Below are positions 36,936 through 45,461 of a stretch of 64,000 nucleotides of DNA, piece by piece. The translations under genes and the position numbers were made by a program. The notes beneath the pieces were generated by a model. That model was not told where the DNA came from. It was given only the letters and a program-made list of their open reading frames with translations, and did not search any database. The DNA comes from an uncultured Candidatus Saccharibacteria bacterium (GTDB taxonomy: Bacteria; Patescibacteriota; Minisyncoccia; UBA6257; 2-01-FULL-56-20): the NCBI GenBank assembly GCA_964505005.1, contig CAZDFQ010000001.1, positions 50,458-114,457 of the forward strand, in the 5' to 3' direction. Within the stretch, counting starts at the first letter, position 1. Each line of letters begins with the position of its first letter.

Positions 36936-37880
36936 ATGACTGAAATAGAAAAACTTTTGCAAAATTATTTGGATTATTTGGAAATTGAACGAAATCGTTC
37001 ACCGAAAACCCGGGAGAATTACGAACATTATCTCAAAGAATTTTTGCGGTTCAACCGCATCAGGAAACCGGAAGATATTACCGATGAAGCGGTCAGAAGC
37101 TTCCGGCTGGCTTTGGCCCGCCCGAATTTCGCAAAGCGAAACTCAAGCGGGCAAGTCCGAGCGCTCAAAAAAATCACCCAGAATTATTATGTCATCGCCA
37201 TCAGGAACTTTTTGAAATATCTCACTAAGAGGGATATCAAAGTTCTACCAGCGGAAAAAATCGAACTGCCCAAAACTCCCAGCCGCCAGCTCAAAATCAT
37301 CGATTACGGCGATTTGGAACGGCTGCTGGACGCGCCCAAAGGCGGCGATTTACGCTCGCTGCGGGATAAAGCGATTTTGGAAACGTTTTTTTCCACCGGC
37401 CTGCGGATTTCCGAGCTTTGTTCTTTGAATCGTTATTTGAATATCGACCGCGGCGAAATTACGGTCCGCGGCAAAGGTGATAAACTACGGCTTGTTTTTC
37501 TTTCTAACCGAGCCAAAAAGGCCATCAAAAACTATTTAGCTAAGCGGACTGACGCTGAAGAAGCGCTTTTTGTAAGTTTAACTAAAAGCTCAAAGCTCAA
37601 AGCTCAAAGCTTATCTAAAGTCATCGGCAGAATCATCCCCCGGACAGTCCAGCGCTTGGTGAGTTTTTACGCCCGAAAAGCCGGCATTAGCGAGCGCATA
37701 ACCCCTCATCAACTCCGGCATCAGTTCGCCACCGACCTTTTGCTGAACGGCGCTGACTTACGCTCGGTCCAAGCGCTTCTCGGCCATTCCAATATCTCCA
37801 CCACGCAAATTTACACCCATCTCACCAACAAAGAACTCCGTGAAGTCCATAAGGCCTTCCACGGGAGAAGGAGGAAATAA
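36936..37880 (+). CDS. tyrosine site-specific recombinase, XerC/XerD family
   Basis: Start taken at MTEIEKLLQNYLDYLEIERNRSPKTRENY... (the ORF-track start at 36867 lies inside the repeat); C-terminal RHQFATDLLLNGADLRSVQALLGHSNISTTQIYTHL catalytic R/H/Y region. Confidence 0.85.
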   Translation: MTEIEKLLQNYLDYLEIERNRSPKTRENYEHYLKEFLRFNRIRKPEDITDEAVRSFRLALARPNFAKRNSSGQVRALKKITQNYYVIAIRNFLKYLTKRDIKVLPAEKIELPKTPSRQLKIIDYGDLERLLDAPKGGDLRSLRDKAILETFFSTGLRISELCSLNRYLNIDRGEITVRGKGDKLRLVFLSNRAKKAIKNYLAKRTDAEEALFVSLTKSSKLKAQSLSKVIGRIIPRTVQRLVSFYARKAGISERITPHQLRHQFATDLLLNGADLRSVQALLGHSNISTTQIYTHLTNKELREVHKAFHGRRRK

Positions 37881-37885
37881 ATTTA

Positions 37886-37930
37886 GTAAGTGCACGTTGC
37901 TGGGTCGAACCAGCGGTCTTTTCGACTTGC
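37886..37930 (-). pseudogene. tRNA 3'-end-like remnant (T-arm plus acceptor strand) between recombinase gene and tRNA-Val
   Basis: minus-strand reading GACCGCTGGTTCGACCCAGCAACGTGCAC has a T-arm-like GCTGG-TTCGAC-CCAGC; weak. Confidence 0.3.
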
Positions 37931-37944
37931 CCCGTTAAATTTTT

Positions 37945-38016
37945 GTGGACGGTGCAGGGATTGAACCTGCGACCTCTCGCATGTGAAGCGAGCGTTCTGC
38001 CACTGAACTAACCGTC
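37945..38016 (-). tRNA. tRNA-Val (anticodon CAC)
   Basis: GGACGGTTAGTTCAGTGGCAGAACGCTCGCTTCACATGCGAGAGGTCGCAGGTTCAATCCCTGCACCGTCCA; anticodon stem CTCGC/GCGAG, loop TTCACAT. Confidence 0.8.
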
Positions 38017-38106
38017 CGATTGAGTGCCACGTCTGCCCGTCATAGCTTTACGCGAAGACGGGAGCTAAGAACGCTATGAAAACATCTTATATAATATTAT
38101 CATATG

Positions 38107-38237
38107 CCAGGTAGTGAAAATTCGACTGTTATGCTATAGCATAACACCTGAAATAAATTTGCCATTATTTGGCTCTAATTGTAAGAAATATAAGACCGAC
38201 ATCTTTAATAAATTATAGTCGAATTTCTACTACCTAG
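38107..38237. mobile_element. 131-bp MITE-like element with imperfect 18-bp terminal inverted repeats, ending 4 nt before the nuclease start codon
   Basis: CCAGGTAGTGAAAATTCG...GTTATGCTATAGCATAACAC...CGAATTTCTACTACCTAG; second copy at 53553..53686; first 47 bp identical. Confidence 0.6.
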
Positions 38238-38241
38238 TAAT

Positions 38242-38853
38242 ATGCCAAGCCGCGCTGGAAAGTATATTTTGCTTCTAACTGTTCTAATTTCGACGCTGTT
38301 TCTTTTTCGTTCTCAGGAATCGGCTCCGCAAATAGTAAAATTCCCTGCCCCGAACCACTCAATTCAGCCGGTGGTTTCTCAATCAGCGACTTCCAGCGGT
38401 CAAAACACAAATTTAAAAACAAGTAGAACCCTCGCCTCGGTAATCCGCGTTATTGACGGCGACACAATTGTTGCCAATATTGGCGGTAAATTGACGCGAG
38501 TGCGTTTGATCGGCATTGATTCGCCAGAGGTCGTTGACCCGCGAAAGTCGGTTCAGTGTTTCGGCGAAGAAGCCAGAAATGAAGCTGAGATGCTGCTCGC
38601 CGGCAAAAATATATTTCTCGAAAAAGACCCAAGCCAGGGCGATTACGACAAATATGGCCGGTTGTTGGCCTATGTTTTCACTGCGGATGGCGACAATTTC
38701 AACGAATTGATGATTGAGAACGGCTACGCTTATGAATACACCTATCGCCTGCCCTATAAATATCAGAGCGATTTCAAAGCCAGCCAACGAGAAGCGGAAC
38801 GTCTCCAAAAAGGACTTTGGAATCCGGAAGTGTGCCCGGCAAAAACAAAATAA
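38242..38853 (+). CDS. secreted/membrane-anchored thermonuclease (staphylococcal nuclease, SNase-like)
   Basis: 203 aa; N-terminal TM/signal; VIRVIDGDTIV...RVRLIGIDSPE...YGRLLAYVF SNc motifs. Confidence 0.75.
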   Translation: MPSRAGKYILLLTVLISTLFLFRSQESAPQIVKFPAPNHSIQPVVSQSATSSGQNTNLKTSRTLASVIRVIDGDTIVANIGGKLTRVRLIGIDSPEVVDPRKSVQCFGEEARNEAEMLLAGKNIFLEKDPSQGDYDKYGRLLAYVFTADGDNFNELMIENGYAYEYTYRLPYKYQSDFKASQREAERLQKGLWNPEVCPAKTK

Positions 38854-38879
38854 TAAAGTTTTCGGAATACTTCAAGAAA

Positions 38880-39044
38880 AAAGTTTAGCAATAATTAAAA
38901 TTAAAAGAACTGCTGTAATCATCAACACATATAATCTCCAAAACCATGACCACCACAATCCTAATATAGTAATCTTAGGATTTTTATCCATCAACTCTTT
39001 CACGGTCGGATTAAACTTTTGCCAAAAATTTTTGTCGTCCATTT
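38880..39044 (-). CDS. possible small membrane protein (~54 aa, below ORF-track cutoff)
   Basis: MDDKNFWQKFNPTVKELMDKNPKITILGLWWSWFWRLYVLMITAVLLILIIAKL read by eye; hydrophobic C-terminal helix; low confidence. Confidence 0.25.
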
Positions 39045-39175
39045 TTGTCGAAAGTCACTCAACGACCTTTGTAGCCCTCGCTTACCCGTTTACTAACATT
39101 ATATCACAATTGTGATATAGTAATAGTAACTTCACGACCCCTCTTTTATTGCTTTGCTCGGCTATCCAAAGAAGA

Positions 39176-39544
39176 TTACTGAATTTCGGCTTGAGCGCCC
39201 GCGGCTTCGAGTTTTTTCTTCAATTCTTCGGCTTCTTCTTTTTTGAGCCCTTCTTTGACCATCTTCGGCGCGCCTTCCACTAAATCTTTTGATTCTTTAA
39301 GCCCCAAGCCGGTGGCTTCGCGAACCACTTTAATCACATTGATTTTTTGTTCGCCAGTGGTTTTTAAAAGCACGTTAAAACTAGTTTTTTCTTCGGCGAC
39401 TTGCCCTGAGTCAGTCGAAGGGGCGGCGACCGGCGCGGCCGCAGAAATGCCGAATTTTTCTTCAAGAGCTTTGACGAGCTCGGCGAGTTCAACCGTAGTC
39501 AAGGATTCGATTTTTGAAATTAAGTCTTCAAATTTATGTTCCAT
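39176..39544 (-). CDS. rplL: 50S ribosomal protein L7/L12
   Basis: 122 aa; ...[22 protein letters not shown]...[24 protein letters not shown]. Confidence 0.9.
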   Translation of the reverse strand: MEHKFEDLISKIESLTTVELAELVKALEEKFGISAAAPVAAPSTDSGQVAEEKTSFNVLLKTTGEQKINVIKVVREATGLGLKESKDLVEGAPKMVKEGLKKEEAEELKKKLEAAGAQAEIQ

Positions 39545-39718
39545 AAATTTACAATCTCTAATTTCTAAATCCTAATTTCTAAATAATCTCAAATGTCCAA
39601 AATCCGAAGTTCAAAACCGTTTTTGAAATTTGAAATTAGAATTTTGAATTTATTTAGGATTTAGATATTAGGATTTAGGATTTCACATTATGACGACCTT
39701 TTTGCCCTTCGATTGAAC
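39545..39718. repeat. composite palindromic intergenic repeat (family 1)
   Basis: tctctaatttctaaatcctaatttctaaataatctcaaatgtccaaaatccgaagttcaaaaccgtttttgaaatttgaaattagaattttgaatttatttaggatttagatattaggatttagg. Confidence 0.7.
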
Positions 39719-40255
39719 TCAGGACAATCCTGAGCTTGTCGAACGGGTTGCTTTCTCATTCAACACATAAAGCAATGATCTTATCGGAGCGGCCAGAATG
39801 CCCAGCAATTGTGCGAGAATAATTTCCCGTGGCGGCAGCTGGCCGATGAAAATTATTTTCTCGCGTTCGATGAAGCCATTGTGCTCAATATCATAAGCGC
39901 CGAGAATTTTTTTGAGAACTTCCTGGCGAGCGCTTTTGGAATCTCCGCCGAGAGCGTTAAAAAAATTAAAGACCGGCGCGCTCGCTTTTTCTATAGCGCC
40001 CTCGGAAAAAATGGTGCCGAGCTGCTGGCCAAGGGTTTTAACATCAACTTCTATCCCCCGTTCTTTAAGAAGGAGTCCGAGGAGGCGCTTTTTGATGACG
40101 AAATATTTCGCGGGCACTTCTTTCAGCTGCTGGCGGAATTTTCTTGTGTCGGCCGTGCCAATTCCCGAAAAATCCGTAAAAATCAAAACCTGGCTTTTAT
40201 CTAAAAGCTTCTTGCCTTCGTTAAGTTCTTTTTGTTTCTGGGCTTTGGTCTTCAT
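39719..40255 (-). CDS. rplJ: 50S ribosomal protein L10
   Basis: 178 aa; position upstream of rplL and L10-like sequence (…VLIFTDFSGI…). Confidence 0.8.
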   Translation of the reverse strand: MKTKAQKQKELNEGKKLLDKSQVLIFTDFSGIGTADTRKFRQQLKEVPAKYFVIKKRLLGLLLKERGIEVDVKTLGQQLGTIFSEGAIEKASAPVFNFFNALGGDSKSARQEVLKKILGAYDIEHNGFIEREKIIFIGQLPPREIILAQLLGILAAPIRSLLYVLNEKATRSTSSGLS

Positions 40256-40556
40256 ACTTTTGTCATAATGCGAATCTACGAATTAATTATGCGAATGCCA
40301 CGAAAATTTTTCGCATCATTAGTATCATGCTTAACAAAAAACCTGCCTCCAAAGCAGGTACATCGGCTGATTATTTTTCAGCTTTCAATCCTCGGCGGGG
40401 CTTATATATTACGATTGGCCCGCTGTCTTTGGAGTTAGAAAAAATAATAGCAAACACCAAAAATCTGTCAACTCTACATATAACTTTACTTCCTGCCGCC
40501 GCCAAAGTGTTATGCTATGGCATAACACCTATGTGCTGATAAGTTTTAGGCATTGG

Positions 40557-42830
40557 TTACTTTTCCAATTTTAGCGATACTATTTTTGAAGTGCCGTCGT
40601 CATTGAGAGTGACGCCGTATAAGACATCAGCCACTTCCATCACCTCGCGGTTATGGGTAACGATAATGAACTGCGTTTTTTGGGAAAATTCTTTAAGGAT
40701 TTTTCCGAAGCGCTGCGAATTCCGCGAATCAAGCGCGGCGTCTATCTCGTCAAGGACCAGAAACGGCGGCGGGCTGACTGAAATCAAGGCAAAAAGCGCG
40801 GCAATGCCGACCAAGCTTTTTTCTCCGCCGGAAAGCGTCTCCAAAGAGCTGATTCTTTTGCGAGGCAAGCTCAAACTTATTTCAATGCCTTCTTCGATTT
40901 CTTTTTCTTCTTCATTACTATTGACTTTGTCTTGAGTAACTTCCCGTACCACTTCCTCCCCATTTTTGTTTTCTTGTCTCTTGCCTCTTGCCTGCCCGCC
41001 AAAGCCCTCGCCTTGCCGAAGCCGTCGGCGAAGCGCAGGTTGGCGCAGGCGGGTCTCTTGTCGCCCGATTTTCAGCCTAGCGTTGCCGCCGTCAAACATC
41101 AGCCGGAAAAATTTATTAAACTCCTCATTGATTTCGCCGAGCGCTTCCCTGAATTCATCTTTAATTTTTTTCTTCAATTCTTCAATCAATACCTCTAAAT
41201 CATTTTTGGCTTTCCCAAGGTCTTCAAATTGTTGTTTCAGAAAATGAAAACGTTCTTCGGTTTCTCTCGATTCTTTAAGAATGACTTCATCAATCTCACC
41301 AATGGCGGCTAAATCGCCTCTCAGCTTGAAAATCCGTTTTTCCAACGACTCAGCTGGAACGTCCCCGGCGGCTATTGTCGGCAGATTCCTGAATTCTTCA
41401 ATTGAGCGATTGGCTTGTTCAATCTGGCGTTCGAGCTCGGCCACCCGCAGCCTTAGCCGTTCTTTCTCAAATAAACGTTCCTGATTCCGATTCTCCCATT
41501 TTTCAATTTTCTCTTTGACCACATTGATTCGGGCCGCGGCATTTTTGAACAAGCCGTAGAATTCATCCCGATGTTTAGCGAGCTCTTCTTCTTTCGTCTG
41601 AAGGTCGGAAATGTTCTTAGCGAATTCCTGCAATTGAACATTTAATTCTTTGAGCCGAGTCTCAACGGCCGAGGAAGATTTATTGGTCTCTTTATCGGCG
41701 GTGAAAGGGACGACTGAAGAAACGAAATTCCTGATTTCTTCGATGGTTTCGCGCACGGCCGAACGTAAAGAATCAATCTCTCCGTCAGCGGTTTTCTCCA
41801 ACCTGTCTTTTATCTTCTCTAAAAAGCCGAGGGGTTTTGCCGCCGAGATAACGAATTCTTTGTCCTCTTTTTCGCCGATTCTACCAAGTTCGAGTTCGGC
41901 TTCCAAGCGCCCCAATTCTTTCTGAAGTCGGCTCCGTTTCTCAAAAAGCGAATTTAATTCTTTTTTGATTCCCTCCAGTTCTTTTCGTTCATGAGGCTGG
42001 CTGGCTTCGATTTTCTGGAGATTTTCTTCGGCGGCTTTTTTCTCTTCGTTCAGAATTTTCAATTCGCCGGCATGGCTTTCGATTTCTTTTTCAATTTCGG
42101 AAATTATTTTTTGAAGAACCTGCCACTGGTTTCCGAAAAACTGATTCTCCAGTTCGCGGAGTTCTTTTTCCAGGATTTCCCGTTTTTCCCAGCGGCCGGT
42201 CTGGCGCTTTAGCGAACGGAGGTGCGGCAGAATTTCTTTTAGTAAAGCATCGACTTTCTCAAAATTAATCTGGGTATTCTTCAATTGGCGCTCGCTGGAA
42301 ATTTTTTTAAGCTGATACTCCCGAAGACCGAGCATCTCTTCCAGCATTTCCCGTCTCTCTGGCGGCGAAACCCGGACGAAAACATCGCTGTTGCCCTGGG
42401 TGACAACCACCAGTCCTTTGGTTCCCAGCCGGGCTTTAGCGAAGAAATCAATCAGATTTTTCAGACGAATCTCTGCTTTATTCAGAAAAAACTTATTCGT
42501 ACCGTCGCGATTAACCTGACGCGAAACCGAAATTTCAGAGAACTCGAGGGGGAAAAAATTATTTTCATTCTCAAAATGAAGCACGGCCTGGGCCTGGCCC
42601 AGCCGCGGCTTTTTCGGCGTTCCGGCGAAAATTAAATCTTCTGATTTGGCGCTCCGAAGATTCCGGGCCTCCCGTTCGCCCAGCAACCAGCGGACCGCGT
42701 CGATGATATTTGACTTTCCGGAGCCATTAGGGCCGACAATGGCTGTAATGCCGGTCGGCAATTCAATGACTGTTTTCTGGGCAAAAGATTTAAATCCGTT
42801 GAGCTCGAGACGTTTGAGAAGATGAGGCAT
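40557..42830 (-). CDS. smc: chromosome segregation ATPase SMC (short, 757 aa) with a GC-rich in-frame insertion near the C-terminal head
   Basis: N-terminal LELNGFKSF...IVGPNGSGKSNIIDAVRWLLGE; C-terminal LSGGEKSLVGIAALFAL...LVLDEIDAALD; ~60% GC segment 40930-41110 encodes RLRQPALRRRLRQGEGFGGQARGKRQE... Confidence 0.8.
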   Translation of the reverse strand: MPHLLKRLELNGFKSFAQKTVIELPTGITAIVGPNGSGKSNIIDAVRWLLGEREARNLRSAKSEDLIFAGTPKKPRLGQAQAVLHFENENNFFPLEFSEISVSRQVNRDGTNKFFLNKAEIRLKNLIDFFAKARLGTKGLVVVTQGNSDVFVRVSPPERREMLEEMLGLREYQLKKISSERQLKNTQINFEKVDALLKEILPHLRSLKRQTGRWEKREILEKELRELENQFFGNQWQVLQKIISEIEKEIESHAGELKILNEEKKAAEENLQKIEASQPHERKELEGIKKELNSLFEKRSRLQKELGRLEAELELGRIGEKEDKEFVISAAKPLGFLEKIKDRLEKTADGEIDSLRSAVRETIEEIRNFVSSVVPFTADKETNKSSSAVETRLKELNVQLQEFAKNISDLQTKEEELAKHRDEFYGLFKNAAARINVVKEKIEKWENRNQERLFEKERLRLRVAELERQIEQANRSIEEFRNLPTIAAGDVPAESLEKRIFKLRGDLAAIGEIDEVILKESRETEERFHFLKQQFEDLGKAKNDLEVLIEELKKKIKDEFREALGEINEEFNKFFRLMFDGGNARLKIGRQETRLRQPALRRRLRQGEGFGGQARGKRQENKNGEEVVREVTQDKVNSNEEEKEIEEGIEISLSLPRKRISSLETLSGGEKSLVGIAALFALISVSPPPFLVLDEIDAALDSRNSQRFGKILKEFSQKTQFIIVTHNREVMEVADVLYGVTLNDDGTSKIVSLKLEK

Positions 42831-42975
42831 AATCGTAAATTTCTAAATCCGAATTTCTAAACAAATCCCAAAAATCCCAATTACCCAATAACCAATTAAC
42901 CTAATATCTAATTTGGGCATTTCCCTCGTTGGTCATTGATTAGGTCAATTAGGAATTAGGAATTAGTCATTTAAT
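42831..42975. repeat. composite palindromic intergenic repeat (family 1)
   Basis: aatcgtaaatttctaaatccgaatttctaaacaaatcccaaaaatcccaattacccaataaccaattaacc ... ggtcattgattaggtcaattaggaattaggaattagtc. Confidence 0.65.
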
Positions 42976-43677
42976 TTACTTATACTTCTCCAGCGCCTTC
43001 TTGGCAGCCGCCAGTTCCGCTTCCTGCTTGGAAGAACCCAGTCCTTCGGCAGTCAACTCCTCCTCGAAATAGACGCCGATTCGAAAGGTACGCTGATGAG
43101 CCGGCCCACTTTCTTCTAAAACCCGGTAGTTCGGCGTTATTTTAAGTTTCTCCTGGATTAATTCCTGGAGTTCACTCTTTGAATCTTTGTAACTTTTGGT
43201 TTCCAGAATTTCGGGAAGATGCGGCAGAATAAGCCGGCTGATAAAACCAACCGCGGCTTCATAGCCGGCGTCGAGATAAATCGCTCCGATGAGCGCCTCA
43301 ATAGCATTAGCCAGGATTACTTCTCTCGCTTTGGAAGTGTCGGCGCGTTCGCCTTTGGACATAAAAATATAGTCGTCCAAATGGAAGCTGGCGGCAATCC
43401 GGCCCAGCATCTGGTAATTTACCAGCGCGGCCCGAAACATCGTCAGCTGCCCCTCGGCCTCTTGAGGAAATTGTTGGAAGAGTTTTTCGCTGACTGCCAA
43501 TTCCAAAACAGCGTCGCCCAAATATTCCAGCCGTTCATTGTTGGGAAACGGCCAGTCGCTTCTTTCATTCAGATACGAACGATGAGTCAACGCTTCTCTC
43601 AGGAAATCTTTATTTTTAAAATTGAAACCGATAACGGCTTCGAGTTCTTCAAGGAGATGAGATTGATTATTATTCAT
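42976..43677 (-). CDS. rnc: ribonuclease III
   Basis: 233 aa; ERLEYLGDAVLELAVS RNase III signature plus C-terminal dsRBD. Confidence 0.9.
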   Translation of the reverse strand: MNNNQSHLLEELEAVIGFNFKNKDFLREALTHRSYLNERSDWPFPNNERLEYLGDAVLELAVSEKLFQQFPQEAEGQLTMFRAALVNYQMLGRIAASFHLDDYIFMSKGERADTSKAREVILANAIEALIGAIYLDAGYEAAVGFISRLILPHLPEILETKSYKDSKSELQELIQEKLKITPNYRVLEESGPAHQRTFRIGVYFEEELTAEGLGSSKQEAELAAAKKALEKYK

Positions 43678-43898
43678 TTCAATTCTAAAGATCTTAAAAC
43701 ATATTCGTATAATTCGTATGCCATTCGTAGATTAGGATTATATCTCAAGCAACTCGGCATAATGCGAATAATACCTGCCCGCCAATTGCCTTCTAAGATG
43801 ACTGGGATAATAATTTGGACATTTCCGACCGTTTTGAAATCACTACTAAAATTTGATTGACAGGCTTTGGCAGGCGGGCGAATTCTTATGCGAATTAT
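43678..43898. repeat. intergenic repeat (family 2, ATTCGTA/CGAATA units) with GCAGGCGGGCG hairpin
   Basis: catattcgtataattcgtatgccattcgtagattaggatt...cataatgcgaataatacctgcccgcc...ggcaggcgggcgaattcttatgcgaattattt. Confidence 0.55.
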
Positions 43899-44342
43899 TT
43901 AACTCTCTTTAGCGTTATCTTCCTCTTTATGGATTTCGCGGTAGACCGTTCCCAGAACGCCGTTTATAAATTTGACTGAATTCGGCGCGCCGTAATTTTT
44001 GGCTATTTCCACGGCTTCATTGATGGCTACCTTGGGCGGCACCTCGCTGGGGTCAGCGTATAAAAGCTCATAGAGGCCCAGTCGCAAAACGTTTCTATCA
44101 ATCATCGCAATCTTCGGGATTGGCCACTCCGGCGCGGCTTTCTCAATGATTTTGTCGATTTCCGGCAGATGCTCGGCGAGCCCCTTCAAAATCTTCCAGG
44201 CGAATTCCGGTTCGTCAATGCCCGGCGCGAACTCCTCGAGATTCCGCTCCAAAATAGTGGTTAAATCTTTCTTCCGGTCGTAGAAGTCCCATTCATAGAG
44301 TGCCTGGAGAATCACGCTTCTTATAAGATGTCGGGTGGCCAT
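43899..44342 (-). CDS. nusB: transcription antitermination factor NusB
   Basis: 147 aa; [20 protein letters not shown]... NusB fold signature. Confidence 0.85.
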   Translation of the reverse strand: MATRHLIRSVILQALYEWDFYDRKKDLTTILERNLEEFAPGIDEPEFAWKILKGLAEHLPEIDKIIEKAAPEWPIPKIAMIDRNVLRLGLYELLYADPSEVPPKVAINEAVEIAKNYGAPNSVKFINGVLGTVYREIHKEEDNAKES

Positions 44343-44423
44343 CGTTTTAAGTTTGTAAGTTATAAGTTTATAAGTTCTAAAGGGAATTAACTTATCGACT
44401 TAAAAACTTATGAACTTCTCAAC

Positions 44424-44573
44424 TTACTTGCCGCATTGCGGACAAAGCCGATGCGGCATTTTAGGGCCGCCGCAGTTTTTGCAAGCCAAAAGACGCCTCT
44501 TCTTCAAAGCTAAATGCGACCGGCGCCGGCCGACTTTACCTTTGGTGTGATGTTTTACTGGTACGCCACCCAT
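44424..44573 (-). CDS. rpmF: 50S ribosomal protein L32 (zinc-ribbon type), 49 aa, missed by ORF track (below 60 aa)
   Basis: Minus-strand ATG at 44573: MGGVPVKHHTKGKVGRRRSHLALKKRRLLACKNCGGPKMPHRLCPQCGK; matches L32 RRSH...CxNCG...HR.C..CG. Confidence 0.8.
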   Translation of the reverse strand: MGGVPVKHHTKGKVGRRRSHLALKKRRLLACKNCGGPKMPHRLCPQCGK

Positions 44574-44654
44574 TATTCCGAGAATCTCTAAATTCTAAGT
44601 TCTAATCTCTAAAATTTTGAATTTCGATATTTGAGATTGTTTAGAGATTAGAGT
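44574..44654. repeat. composite palindromic intergenic repeat (family 1)
   Basis: aatctctaaattctaagttctaatctctaaaattttgaatttcgatatttgagattgtttagagattagagtttaaagattagagatt. Confidence 0.65.
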
Positions 44655-45461
44655 TTAAAGATTAGAGATTATGTTAGAATATTTTTTCAGAAACGTCAAT
44701 CTGTGCATAAGAATAGGACCGTATTTTTTTATCCTTGCGCGGTGCACTTTCGTTCCGTATCCTTTATGAATTTCGAAGCCGTATTGAGAATATTTTTTCG
44801 ACAATTTCTTCATATATTCGTCGCGGCTCACTTTAGCGATAATTGAAGCGATTTTGATGGCCGTGATTTTTTCATCGCCCCGGACCACGGTTTTAGGATT
44901 TAGGGTATAGCCAATAGCCATTAGGTTTTTTTTATCAAGAAACAGCCCGCCATCCAAATAAATTTTCGCCCTAGTGGCTAAACCCCGGTGGCTAGTGGCT
45001 AATCTAAGGAGGGCGCGGCTGGCGGCCCGATTGGCGGCTCGGGCAATGTTCAGTCGTTCTATGCCGCGCGGATAAACGCGGCTTATTTTGTACAAGAGGC
45101 CCGGGTGCTGCTTTAAATACTTAAACCAGGCGGCTCTTTGAGAAGCAGAAAGTTTTTTTGAATCCCGAAGTTTCCCTAGGGCACGATTTGCGATTTGCGA
45201 TTTGCGATTTGCCGGCAACGCAACTGCCGCGACCACCACCGGGCCAGCTAAAGCTCCCCGCCCCACTTCATCAATGCCAATGACATAGGATTGTCGGGCG
45301 AGGCTCGTCCGTTTTCGGACGGCCCGCCCCACTTCATCTATTCCTATCACGAATGAATGACGGGGCGCCCGCTCCGACTCGCATCGAGCGAGGCGAGGGG
45401 CTCGCCTTTTTAAGGCGCCCCGGCCGACTTCATCGATACCAATGACCCAACGCCTTGTCAT
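44655..45461 (-). CDS. rnhB: ribonuclease HII with N-terminal triplication of the VIGIDEVGRG active-site segment separated by GC-rich hairpin inserts
   Basis: 268 aa; WVIGIDEVGRGALKRRAPRLARCESERAPRHSF / VIGIDEVGRAVRKRTSLARQSY / VIGIDEVGRGALAGPVVVAAVALP; then ...DSKKLS... RNase HII core; nucleotide level: three copies of ccccgccccacttcatc(a/t)a(t)gccaatgac with hairpin spacers (45230-45461). Confidence 0.8.
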   Translation of the reverse strand: MTRRWVIGIDEVGRGALKRRAPRLARCESERAPRHSFVIGIDEVGRAVRKRTSLARQSYVIGIDEVGRGALAGPVVVAAVALPANRKSQIANRALGKLRDSKKLSASQRAAWFKYLKQHPGLLYKISRVYPRGIERLNIARAANRAASRALLRLATSHRGLATRAKIYLDGGLFLDKKNLMAIGYTLNPKTVVRGDEKITAIKIASIIAKVSRDEYMKKLSKKYSQYGFEIHKGYGTKVHRARIKKYGPILMHRLTFLKKYSNIISNL

